This document shows positions 34,779 through 47,892 of a stretch of DNA of 64,000 bases, piece by piece; the stretch's first letter is position 1, and each line of letters starts with the position of its first letter. The notes below the pieces were generated by a model that saw nothing but the letters and a program-made list of their open reading frames with translations, was not told where the DNA came from and ran no database searches. The stretch is from the human T2T-CHM13v2.0 reference genome, Homo sapiens, in NCBI RefSeq assembly GCF_009914755.1, contig NC_060929.1; one strand, written 5' to 3'. The position numbers and the translations under genes were made by a program.

Positions 34779-36082
34779 ATCACTTTCACTTGTTCTTTGA
34801 TTACTGTTAATTCTTAAGTTTAGTATATTCAATCCTCCTTAATATTTAATAAGACTTACCTCCTTAATCAAATTTCCTTAGACACTTAAAACTACAATTA
34901 TCAATTTAATATGCCTGATTTTCTCACTTTAAATGCCCAATAGGGCAGACTTACAAATCTAAAAAGCAAAACCTTTCTAAGCATTTAAGCAACTGTTGTA
35001 AATTAATTACCTAAATGTATAAATGTAGCAAATCAGATTCACTTGGCTATTTCAAGAACCTTAAATCCTACACAAAGCAGAACAAGGATCATAGAAGCTT
35101 CTGTTCTGTATTCATTTCTTCACTACAGAATATTTATTCCCATTTCCTTTCTGGAGTTACAGATTTACTCCCCCAATAAAGAGACCAGAATTTTTCCCAA
35201 ATATTGCTAATGGCAACCAATCTATTTCACTTTCAAATCTGTCGTTTTGCACACAAGTCTTCAGATATTTATTGACGGGAGACATTAGCATATGGTGGTT
35301 GTAAGGAAACCTAGTATCAGCTAGGGAAAGGATATGGAGAGAATGCAAGTGTACCCAGCCCTGAAGGCCAATACCTAGACATGGGGTGGAGCATGTAGAG
35401 GCTATAGAGGGAACTGCCCTAACTTGGCAAAATAAATTGTGTATAACCCCTTATTGTGTATAACCTCTTAATTTGGGGGGAAGGAGATTTTAAAGATAAT
35501 CCCAGCAAATGCTGTCACCATATACCTTCTCAATCCTAATAGCCACTAATCACTGTGTGTGCTTGGACTTGTTGCTCAACCTTGCTGAACTCAAATCCGA
35601 TAGGCTTAAATAAAGGATTGGCTTCCTAAGACCCTTTCTAAGTCTCACAGCCAGTGAGTCTAAGTCAGGGATCACTGTAAGCAAAAGAGTAGATATAAGA
35701 AAATACATATGTTTGAAAGAAAGTGAGTAGGCTAGACTAGAAGAGGTAATTGCCTCCAATGAAGATTTATTACATACTTTAACCTTTAAAGCAGGGTGTC
35801 TTAAACTTTAAGGTGCATTAAGAATCATCCATAGATTAAATTAATGTGTATTAAAATGTAGATTTCAGAGCCTCATACTCTTTCCACCAAGATTTTATTT
35901 AGGAGGTCTGAGATGAGGCCTGAGATTTTTGTAATTTTTTTTACAGTTCCCTATGTGATTGTGATGTAGAGCTAGGTTTGAAACCTGTAAATCTTTCCTT
36001 TAAAGACTGGGTGATACTCTGTTGGAGTCAGTACCAGTTCTTGCAATGCAAGCTGCAGAGAACATTGTTAAGATTCAGAAAC

Positions 36083-36380
36083 AGCCAGTGCGGTGGCTCA
36101 CACTTGTAATCCCAGCACTTTGGGAGGCCAAGGTGAGTGGATCACTTAAGGCCAGGAGTTCGAGACCAGCCTGGACAACATGGTGAAACCCATCTCTACT
36201 AAAAATACAAAAATTAGCCAGGCGTGGTGGCGGGTGCCTGTAATCCCAGCTACTCAGAAGGCTGTGGCAGGAGAATCGTTTGAACCCAGGAAATGGAGGT
36301 TGCAGTGAGCCAAGACTGCGCCACCCCATTCCAGCCTTGGCAACGGAGTGAGACTCCGTCTCAAAAAAAAAAAAAAAAAT
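36083..36380 (+). mobile_element. AluS
   Basis: Two-arm Alu; TSD attcagaaac on both sides. Confidence 0.92.
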
Positions 36381-37420
36381 TCAGAAACTTGAGAAATGGC
36401 AAAATGCTGAGGCTGCAGTGGTCCCTGGATCAAAAAACTACAGGTCTTTGCAGCCCAGATTAGTCAGTGTTCTCCAGAGAAACAGAACCAAAATTAACCA
36501 AGACACACTCCCAGAATTTAAGAGATGGGGAAATTCTAAAAAGAGGTATAGCAGAGCAGCTGGTTGGGCTCCATATACATTCCACCCATCTCCACGTGTA
36601 GCAGAGCCCTCTGTTTTCACCTGAGCATACAGCCACCAGGAATAAGGGCTACATTTCCCAATGTTCCCCTCCCCCGTTAGGTATGGCGAAATTCTGGCCA
36701 AAGAGGTACAAGTGGGAGGCTCACCTACAACTTCTGGGAACTATCCTTAAAGAGCAAGGGTGAGCCCTTCCTCTGCCTTTCCCCCTTCCTCCTGGCTAGA
36801 ATGCCTCAGTAGATGGGAGTCCCAGCAGCCACCTTGCTTAGTGACGCGACCTTGGGAATGGAAGCCAAACATGGCAAAGCAACAAGAGAAGCCTCGGTCT
36901 CTGATGCTGAGGAAAACAATCTGATCACCTCTAGGATTCCTGAAGGTGAGAGAAAAATGTAAGCTTATTTTTGGGTTTTCTGTTACTTGCTAAACCTAAT
37001 TATGACTAATTAAGCCAATAATAGTATCTAATATTTATTGAGTACCTAATATGTGCAAGGCACTTTTATATCTAATAGTTGGTTTATATCTAATAACTCA
37101 GACAGTCTTCACAACAATCCCGAGAGGTTACTATCATCCCCATTTTACAGATGAGGAAACCATGGCAGACTAAGGCCATGTAATTTTCCCAAGGTTCCCA
37201 GGCTAGTCAGTGGCAGAGCCAGGATTCCAGCATAAGCTGACTACATCTAGATTTATACCAACCATTATGCTGTACTGCCTCTTGATTCCAGAGGCCAAGT
37301 CATCCATCATCCATCTATCCATCCATTCAACAAATATTAATCAAGTGCCTGGGCACTGGAAACTATGATGAGCCATAGAGACAGTTCCCTGTCCTTGCAG
37401 AACTTCCAGTCTCAGAACAA

Positions 37421-38141
37421 TGTGAAAGGAAAATGAATCTCGGGACACCAAAATCACTAAGGCAAAGGGAAGAGTCAAGCTGGAAACTGCATCAGGCAAA
37501 CCTACCTCTTATTTTATTCCTAAGTTAGATAGCTACAAAGATAAAAAAGCTACAGACCTCCCTCACAATTTGCCCACAAGGAAATTCCTTGTGGGCATCA
37601 AGATCTTTACCCTAAAACAGTTCTGTTGAATTTCACCCTGGCAATGTAAATGGATAGCTTATCTTCATAGGTGTGGGACAAAGGACAGAACTCAAAGTCA
37701 TCCCTCTGCTCACCTGAGACAAATGAATATCTGATTGCTTCTTCTGCCCTGTTGTTTATGTAAAAATGCAGATCCACTGAGACAAAGGCATAAATGACTA
37801 TTCCTCTACCACCCACCTCACCCCTTCCCCACATGTAAATTGTATATTCAGTGAAACGCTGAGCAAAGACTCAAAAGAATGCAACCATTTGTCTCTTATC
37901 TATCTATGACCTGGAAGCCCCAGCATCAAGTTGTCCTGCCTTTCCAGATGGAACCAATGTACATCTTGTACATATTGACTGATGTCTCATGTCTCCCTAA
38001 AATGTATAAAAGCAAGCTGTATCCCAACCACCTTGGGCACATGTAGTCAGGACCTCCTGAGGCTGTGTCACGTGCACGTCCTTAGCCTTGGCAATATAAA
38101 CCTTCTAAATTGAGACCTGTCTCAGATACTTTTGGTTCATG
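37421..38141 (+). mobile_element. MER4-family (MER4A-like) ERV1 solo LTR
   Basis: tgtgaaaggaaaatgaatctcggg...ctaaaatgtataaaagcaagctgtatcccaaccaccttgggcacatg...gagacctgtctcagatacttttggttca. Confidence 0.8.
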
Positions 38142-39148
38142 CCAACATATCTATGAGTACCTTACAGAACCCAAGGGCAAGCTCAACTACCAGGCCCTGG
38201 GGAACACAGGAGGCAGGACCCACCATTAGTGCCTCTGCTCTAACCACTCCCACCAACCACCTGTCAGTTCCAACCAGCAGATTTGCTGGAGAGAAACTGA
38301 CCAGTACAGTTTGAGCCACAGGCTTAACCCAGCAAGTATTCACTATTAGACAATCAGGGGCCACTCAAGGATTAGAAACCCAGTCACTGGACACCTAAGT
38401 GTCCACCTGTTCCCAAAGAAGGGCAGTCATTGGAAATCACTCCCAGAGCCATATGCCACATTCCCCAAAAAGGGAAAAGAGGAGAGAAAGAGGAGAGCAA
38501 AGAGCTTTTGTAGGACTGTGACTGCTTGGCCAAGGTATCCAACTCTGATTCTTTAAGGCGTGTTGGGGGATAACTTCTCAACTGGGGCCTGACTGGATGG
38601 AAGGAATGAAGGTGGGGAGGGCAGGGGCAGAAAAGACAGGAAAGAAAAAAAGGGTCAGTGAGCCTGGCCCTTAGACCTTGGAAAACTTTGTAGTCTTTGA
38701 CCACAATTCCATCTCTGGCACTCAGAAAAAATAATAATCCTAAATAATAAAAAGTTTTATGTTCAAAAATAATTATACAGAACCACACAAAAAAGATATC
38801 CAACTTCTGGGGGGGCAAATGTAACTACGGTAGGAATCATGATAGCTGACATTTATTAACCACTTATGATGTTCTAGGCACTGTGTTAAGAATTTGTCAC
38901 CACCTATTTCATCAGACCCAAGAAGTGAAATAATTGCTAACATGTTATAACAAGTCATGGGTGGAGTCCAGATCTGAACCCAGTTCTGACAGCAAAGCCA
39001 ACTGTCTTTAGCACCACAGTGTACTGTACTACAGAAACTGCACTGTACTACATAAAAAATGGCAACTGTGAAAACTACATAGCAATATGGGGAAAGATTA
39101 TGATAAAGTATGCCTTGAATAAAGACTACAAAATTATACATAAAGAAT

Positions 39149-39519
<371 letters not shown>

Positions 39520-40999
39520 GAGGCTGGCTGGGCGTATCAGGCTGGGTGTAATCAGGAAAGAGTAACCTTACAGTAATTTGAACAGGAAAATAATAATATA
39601 AACATGTATTAATTATAATAGGGGACTGTAGTCCCCTACAGTTATAAGGAACTGCCTAGTAAAAAGAAAAAAGAATGCTAAATAATACAAGAATAGCAGA
39701 TATAAGTAGCCACTACCTCAAGGACTGAGACAGAGCACCTAAGAAAAGGTCCTAGATCCCCTTAGACCAGGGCAAGTTGGTGCAGAAGAAGTTGTGTACC
39801 GCAATAGCCTAGCATTGAATACAAATGCTGTTTAGAAAAATATGGGGAACATGGAGGTTTCATCCATACCAACTGACTTTGGACCCAACATCACACAGTG
39901 CCTGGTACAGATACCCAAGTGTTTTCTACATATATGTCTGAACACCCCAGATAGGAGATATTCTTTTAGGGCAAGGGTTATGTTTCATCCTCCTCCTATA
40001 GCCAACCCTATACTTGGTATACATAATGAGTTCAACAACAATTTACTTTTGAACAGAATATATGAACTCTGAGGGAAGACTCCTATTAATCTGTGCCTTT
40101 TTTCCATTAATTTTTATTCTATTTTTTCTACTGTAAAAACAAAAATAATGCTTATTAAAGAAAATGCAAAGGTTAAACAAAAGGAGAAAAATATCAGCCA
40201 TATTCCTGCTACCCAGAAATAATCACTGTTAGTACTTTGGTGCATTTTTTATACCAATAGTTTTCTTTTTTCTTTAAACATAGATGTACAGACATCGTAT
40301 CCTCCATGCAATTTCATATCCTGAATTTTTTTACTTATCATAAAAAAAGCATTTCTCCAACTCCTCATCAGCTCTTTATTTAAGAATTAATGGTGAATTA
40401 TTCTCTATAGAAAATGTTTACATTGATGTTGAAACTACCTCAAATGCTAACTGCACAATCTCTTTCTGAAGATTTTAGGTAGTTTACTTAACCACTTCCC
40501 TTTTGGAACTCTGAGGTTCTATTTTATTTTTCCTATTATAAATAATTCCATAATGAACATCACTGTACTTCATATTATCTCTGATAGGCCTATTTCCGAC
40601 GATGGCTGTCCCACGTGTGAAATTACCAGTTCAGATGCTACAAATGCATTTATGGCCACTGAGCAAAACTTAAGATCACCAGCCACCTGCTTCTAAACAT
40701 GGAAACTGGTAGCTTTCCCTTTTACAACAGGACACAAACCCGAAGCTCCTTCTATGCCCTCTAGTACTAACACTTGCTTACCTATCACCTAACACAGCCT
40801 CCCCTCTTCCCTGCCCATAAAACGCTGCCCAGCCCTACATAATTACACGACCCTGGGCTGGTCCCATCGCCTTTCGGACCTCATCAGTCCCCATGCTGCG
40901 CAGTTGGAGAGTGGCATGACTGAAGTGCTGGACCAGAGCATATCCTACGGCCCCTCCTGGAGGGGAGGTGGTGCCCTGGGCGCCGAAACCAAGCGCAGG

Positions 41000-41800
41000 G
41001 TCTTGGCAGGGCGCAGTCGCTTCGCCGGTAGACCCGGGGACTCAAAGCAATAGAACTACAGCTTGGAGCTCCAGGGAGAGCCCAAGACACCGCAGCCCTT
41101 CCCCATCTAGATTCCGAGATTGGCCCCTGGGCCCCACTCCCAGCCTTCACTTCATCTCCCCTGAAGCCCTTTCTCTTGCCCGCGGCTCACCTAGTCCACC
41201 CTCCAGACCTCATTCGGACTTCCCATTCTTCCCAGTGGAGGGGTCGCCCAAACCCCTCGGGGTCTCCTTTCCCCCTCTCCTTTTCTTTCCGCGCCGTCCA
41301 AGCCAGTCCCACTCTCCACACTCTGGAAGGTATCGGCTACCCCCAATATTGCGACTGCCTTGCAAGATCCCCCCATCACCTCCTCCGCATGTCTTTCCAC
41401 GTATCTGTATGGGGTTGTCCCTCTGTCTTTCCCGCCATGACTGGCTTTCCGTCCTATTTCACCCACCCTTCCTCCCACGGATCCGCGAGTCCTCTGGCCC
41501 TGGCCCTTTCATTTTATTAGTCCGCCCCTCTCCTGATAGCACCTCTATCCTCTTTAGGTCCCCTCATATGCCGCTCCTCCAAGTCTGTCCCTCAGCGTCC
41601 CCGTCCGCGTCTCTACTGTCTGTCCCCGAATGTGTTCCTCTGTTCCTGGAGTCTGGCCCTCGGTCCAGCCAGGCCCCTGCTCACCATCCCTCCCCCGGGC
41701 CGGAGAGTCTGCAGCCCGGTTCCCGGTTCTCGCTGGGGTAACTCTTTCCTCTTCCACTTTCTCTACTTTGAACCCATCCCAGCAGAGTCCAGGAAGTAGC
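41000..41800 (-). ncRNA. SAP30L-AS1: Probable 5' region of the divergent lncRNA SAP30L-AS1 (exon structure not resolvable from sequence)
   Basis: Known head-to-head lncRNA at this locus. The minus strand is purine/G-rich here; candidate minus-strand donors are ATG|GTGAGC (GT at 41684-41683) and TAG|GTGAGC (GT at 41190-41189). Confidence 0.45.
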
Positions 41801-42920
41801 CTGGCGCCGGAGACTGGCGGCGGCGACGCCCAATGGGACGCGCCAGCGGCGGCGGCAGCCCCGCCCAGAGAGCAAATGAGACCAATGGTCGCGTGAAGGC
41901 GGGACTTCCGCTGTCCCGCGAAGGGCGGGGGGAGCGAACTGTTGTGGTGCGGAGCGTTCGGCGGGCGGCGGCCGGGCGGCCCAGGGGCTGCCGCGGGACT
42001 CGGGGCGCAGCCGAGTGGCTGCAGGGGTGGAGTGGGCCGGACGAGCCGCGGGGCCCGGGTGCCGCGGGTTCGAGGCCGGGCCCCGCGCGAGGAGGCCGCG
42101 CCACCCCGGGGGAGCTGCCCGGCAGCGAGTTTGCCCCGCTGCCGAAAGAAGGCGGGAGCCGGCAGGGGCCTTCGAAACCCCCTGGCAACCCAGGCCCGGA
42201 GTCCTTGGGGAGCGGCTGTTTCCTGGGACGCCCTCCCGGACACCCCCGCTGCAGGGTTACGGTTCTGGGCCCCCGGCAGAAGGCTCCTCCGGGTGACCCC
42301 CGGCGGGGCCCTGCGAGCCGCGGGAGCCGACCCCGGGGCCTCGAGCCGGGAGGAAGGGGGCTTCCGGAGGCGGAGGGCCGGGGGCCGAGGGAGCCGGGCC
42401 TCTCGGACGCGGGGCAGGGCAGCGCCCGGGCTGGAGACGGACTCTGGGACCCTCGGCTGCGGGGGTCTCAGCGACCTGCCCCGCGGCAAGCGCGGCCGCG
42501 GAGTGGCCTACCGGGGACCCTCCCCCAGAGGGACCGGCCCGGGGCGGGGAGATGAACGGCTTCAGCACGGAGGAGGACAGCCGCGAAGGGCCCCCCGCCG
42601 CCCCAGCTGCCGCCGCCCCGGGCTACGGCCAGAGCTGCTGCCTCATCGAGGACGGCGAGCGCTGCGTCCGGCCCGCGGGCAACGCCTCCTTCAGCAAGAG
42701 GGTCCAGAAGAGCATCTCGCAGAAGAAACTCAAGCTGGACATCGACAAGAGCGTGAGTCCGCCCCCGCTCGCGTCTGGGCCCCGGCGCCCCCAGCTCTCC
42801 GTCCGCTGCCCTGGGCTCCAGTCGGGACTCCCCGGGCACTCCCCGCCGTGGGCCTCGCCGCCCCGGCTCTGCAGAACTGAGTTGGACTCCGCATTTCAAA
42901 GGCCGCTCCAGCGCTGACAT
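41600..42920. promoter_or_regulatory. CpG island / bidirectional promoter of SAP30L and SAP30L-AS1
   Basis: Very high GC and CpG content. CCAAT boxes at 41830-41834 and 41882-41886; GC boxes at 41859-41866 and 41923-41930; ETS sites CAGGAAGT (41790-41797) and ACTTCCGC (41904-41911); no TATA box; GC skew flips around 41.8-41.9 kb. Confidence 0.9.
42552..42752 (+). CDS. SAP30L: SAP30L exon 1 CDS (Sin3A-associated protein 30-like; N-terminal half of zinc finger, C29/C38)
   Basis: ATG in gagATGa context; [67 protein letters not shown]; donor |gtgagt at 42753. Confidence 0.97.
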
Positions 42921-43872
42921 GCTCTGACTGTGATTCTACCCAGATCCGGGAGGATGGGGGCGGGGGCTTCAGGACTCCTGCTGCCTGGAAAGATTGGACA
43001 GCAGTTTCCAACTTGTTTTATTGGTTTAGACTTTAGAGCAGGGAGAGGTGGGTTAGTTTTGTTGGCCCTTGAAGGAGCAAGAATCGGAGCGGGGAGTGAT
43101 GAAGATACCCGGCTCTTTTCCAACTTCTCTCTCCTTCTAGGAACCCTGTTATTCCTTCAGACAGAGAAAGGTGGCAGTTACTTCCCTGGCTCCCGCATCC
43201 TCGGTATCAGCAGAGGGTCACCGAGCTAGCTGCTTCGCAGGCAGCTGTGGGAATGGGTTTTTCTAGGATGTGGCAGAAATAAGGCCAAGGCCAGGTCTTG
43301 AGAAATGGCTCTTGCAGTCGATGTGACTGGAGGGGGGAAGAAAAGAAATCAATTTTCTTAGTGGTAGTTTCTTTTGAAATAAGGGGGTGGATATTTAAAT
43401 TTAAATCGGATTGCCCTGCTCTTTGTGGCTTATTATAGGAAACTCCTCCCGTGTGACTTCACCACTTCTAGTTAACAATTCTGAAGCTGTGCCTATTGTC
43501 AACCAATTAAGAACTTTTTAGTTTGACATCTGTTGCTACAAGCCTTAAGTGATTGCTTCATGATTAGGAATTGGAAATGAGTTAAGGGGATATTTAATAT
43601 TCAGGTAGACTAGCTAAGAGCTTAGGTGGTTAACATCCATTCTCTTCTAGAATCAGAATTTCTCCACAGTTGGAGGAAATCAGAGACTGCTTGTTAAACT
43701 GAAAGGGAGTGCACGTTTCCCCTCTGATTTTAGGGTTGAAACAGGCCCAGAGATAGGAAGTGAGGGTGTCAGGTACACACAGCACCTAAGAGGCTGGTTA
43801 ATTTCTTAAAGATATTATCTAATTTACTTCCAAGCCCTATACATAAGTCTTCATTAAGTCTCTAATAAATAA

Positions 43873-44220
<348 letters not shown>

Positions 44221-47035
44221 CCTGTCCTTTCTTCAGACTCTTCCCTCCTACCCCCATTTTTAAGTTAATCATTATAATACAGTTGCAGCTCTTGCATGGA
44301 CAGGTGCTATTTTTAAGTGGTTGGGAGAGAGTTAATGGCTTTCTTACTACAAATCTCTATCAATGAATGCATGAATGGAAATATCTGAGAACAAACAAGG
44401 GTCTAGACACCAAGGTGATCCCTCCTTAGGTCACACGTTGAGGTGAAATGCTTATGGCAATGAATTCATCCACTTAGAAACACTGCCTACCTTCCGTGTA
44501 GGTTGTTAGAAGCTGCTTTACTTGAGCAGCTTATAATAATAATTTCCAGTCCTTAAAAGAATCTTCCAGTCCTTTTAGATCACTGGATGCCTTCCCATCT
44601 GAATGATTTTGCTGCTGCAACTGGGACTCCTTTTATTTACCCATTGACTGTACTGGAAAACCTGTGTTGAGCTATGCTGATCATTTCACACACACTGTCT
44701 AGAAGAAGGGCAGCCTGAGCCTAGCATTAGTGTTCCCAAAATGTAATACTTCTGAGGTAGTAAGGTTTCCAGGTGGAATCACTCAAAATTTGTTTTAAGG
44801 TGGTGTTGTGGAGTCATTATTTCTGAAAGGGATTCTATTTCTTTCTCACAGGCTTGGGCAGGAATTCAATTCCAGGTAACTGGTATGTTACAAGAATTTT
44901 TAGCTATTGCAGAAAGTGAAGGAAAAAAAAAAACTAGAGCCTTTGCTACCACCCTCCTGCCCCAACCCCACTCCCAAAGGCCACTGAGCTCTGAAATTTC
45001 TGAAAACCAGTATGTACTTGAAAATGGTTAAGGAGAAAATGATTATTTATCTTGTAAGAGAGTCTAGCAGAGAACCTTTTTAAATAACAACACCAGAAAT
45101 TCAATTCAGGCTGTTTAACTCATTTTATATAGACTTTGGCAGTGTTCTGTGATCTGTTAAAATACTAATATACCTCCAGTTGACATATTTCTGCTTTTTT
45201 TTTCCTGGAGAAAAGTGGAAGTTGAGAATAGTATAAAGGAAAATGCTGGAGTAGGAAAAGACATGTACTGGGGGGGCAGAAGGCCTGGGTGACCTTGGCC
45301 AGGTCATTTCCTCACTCTGGATGGCTTCATTTTACCCATCTAGAAAACGGATTGGGGTCAATGGGATTGCACTAGTGATTGCTAAGTTCTCTTACAGCTA
45401 GGATTCCGTTATTCTATTGTCCTGATCTGAAATCTCCCAGCCAAAGCTTTAGGAAGCCACCTATTCTCCCTGTTCTCCTATGAAGTTTGTTACTGTGAAC
45501 TTGAGGAGCAGTTGATCTGAGTGGACTCGCCAGTCTAGCTAACATGGAGGGCTAGCTTCCTCTCAGGGATGCAGAGTGTGCTTTGTTGTGCTTTCTTCCT
45601 GGAGAAAAGCATGTCCAGTAGTATATACATCAGCTAGGTGGGATTCTTTGGGACAGTGGCATGTGCTGTGTTTGAAAGTCCTTTGACAGAGTTGAATCTG
45701 ACAAAGCTATCCCAGTTTGTAACCATGTTAAGTGGTGGCTTTCATTAGCCTTAAGCCACTTTTAGATATAGGAGACTTCCTATATTGGTACATCAACATT
45801 TTTCGAGTACCTCCTGTCTGCAAGACACCATCACAGTATAAACTTAAAAGTACTTATGACTCACTAATCCAGCCACATGAAAGTGATCATTCATCTGAAT
45901 AAATAAATAAACAGTTTTCATTATTTTCTCCATGAAAAGGTCTGAATTAATTGATGCGGATTTCCTGCCAGCTTACTTTTATCTTTAAGGATTTAAGGAA
46001 TAAACTCAAATTCAGAAGTCTCTGCAGAACATTTGTGCAACACCTGTTTCAGTATCAACAACCCCAAGTCATTTGCTGGGCATTCAGTTTCTGTAAAGTT
46101 TTTCAGTGGTTCCTCCAGCCAGCCTTGGAGGATTCTTCATGTCTTAGCTGTTGCTGCCACCTTCACTTACCAGTGTGCCTCCAGCCTGTATTAGAAAATC
46201 TGTAGTATCCACCTTCTTGTATGTGGTTCTACCTTGTAAGAACTTCCACATCTTTTTCCACTTTTCTTTGTGGATCAGATGTGAGATAATGCAAGAATTA
46301 TAAATTGACACATAGAAACAAAGTTTTTCAAAGAGTTATTATCCTACAATAGTAGCTATTGTAATTGTAAAAATAGAGTGTCCCAAATACCGTTGCAACA
46401 GTCCCTTGTGTCCTGCTTTCCTCCTCCCCAGGACAGTACATTCCAGTCGACTATAAGTTTATGACTCCTACAGGTCTTCTAAAAATGTCACATCACTTCC
46501 TGCTTCCTTGAGGGACTCTGTCTTGTCGGAAGGAAAGTCTAAGCTGTTCTCATGCCCACCCCCCTGATGCCTCACTTTTTCATTATGCTCCTACATGGGC
46601 AGCCATCATCACCCAACTGACACTGTACCCTGGGCCTCCTCACTCTTTCTGTCATCCTCCATTGGAAACTCTAAAGTCTTGGCACTCCTACCCATCTGGA
46701 ATGCTTCCTGTCTGCCTAAAGTCCTCCCTTTTAGTCAGGGCCCTTCACCCTGAGCATCTCTGTTGCAGGGATCTCTTCCTTTGCTGAATCTGTACCATTT
46801 ACTGTCTTCACCATTCACTGGAAGTTTGGTGTATGATACGCTGCCAAGTGTGATGTTAGCATTCTCTTTGTGTTCTGCAACTCAGTAGTGAGCTTCTGGG
46901 AATGATGGCCTACATCTTGTCTTCCATCTATCTCTCCAATGCCCTGCAATGGAAGGAAGCCCCGCAATTCGACAGATACCTATTGCTGTCTCCAAGGAAT
47001 TGGCCAACTCTGACTTTGATTTTTGTCTCCATCAG

Positions 47036-47158
47036 GTAAGGCACCTATATATCTGTGATTTTCACAAAAATTTCATCCAGAGTGTCCGAAATAAAAGGAA
47101 GAGGAAGACAAGTGACGATGGCGGAGATTCTCCCGAGCACGACACTGACATTCCTGAG
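47036..47158 (+). CDS. SAP30L: SAP30L exon 2 (zinc ligands C74/H77, polybasic NLS KRKRK, acidic region)
   Basis: atcag| acceptor and |gtaaag donor. 123 nt = [41 protein letters not shown]. Confidence 0.97.
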
Positions 47159-47673
47159 GTAAAGGTCAAAGAAACCAGTTGCGGAAGCTGGAAGAATGGA
47201 TTCTAATCTGATTCTCACCTCTGGCCTGGTCTGCTTTTTGTGTTAAGAAGTAATTTTAGTCCTTTTGTTTTGCTATGGATTATTTGAAAAGTGAATTATA
47301 GTAATATGGAATCTGAGAGCTAAAAGCTTGGACACCCACTGGTCAGACTGCCCCATCATTTTACAGACAGGCACAGAGAGCCGAGGTCATGTATATAGTT
47401 TGGAGGCTCTAGTCTAGGGCCCTTTCCAGTAGACCACACTGCTTTTCTGCAAGACGCCCCTGACGAATGCGTAAATACAACCACAGTGTCACTTTTTTTT
47501 TAAACCTTGTTTATGCCTTTAGAGAGTGTATAATGGTTTGGGAGAAGTCTTTTCCCCAAAAAATGAAGGTGTAAGTCATCAGTTCATACCAGCTCTGATT
47601 TTCTCTCACTGATTTCTTGACATCTAGTCCAGGCTGTTCCCAAGGATCCATTTCAAAGTTGACTAAACTGGAC

Positions 47674-47892
47674 CCGGTTTTCTCAACTCTAGCACTGTTG
47701 ACATTTGGGGTCAGCTAATTTTTGTTGTGGGGACTGTCCTCTGCATTGTAGGATATTTAACAGCATGCCTCAGCAGCATCCCCTCGTGAGATTCTACCCA
47801 TCACCACCCTGAGTCATGACAATCAAAACGTGTCTCCAGACATTGCCACACCTCCTTTACAAGACAAAATCGTCCTGTGTTGAGAACCACTG
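47674..47892 (-). mobile_element. MER20 hAT element
   Basis: ttctcaactctagcactgttgacatttgggg...tgtctccagacattgcca...gttgagaaccactg. Confidence 0.85.

Noticed and set aside
40968-42489. 257-aa (+) and 311-aa (-) ORFs at the promoter
   Set aside because: Pro/Arg/Ser/Gly-rich translations expected from CpG-island composition, with non-ATG starts and no homology evident.
47089-47096. AATAAA inside SAP30L exon 2
   Set aside because: Arises from the Asn-Lys codons of the NLS; no downstream U/GU element, and it is next to a splice donor.
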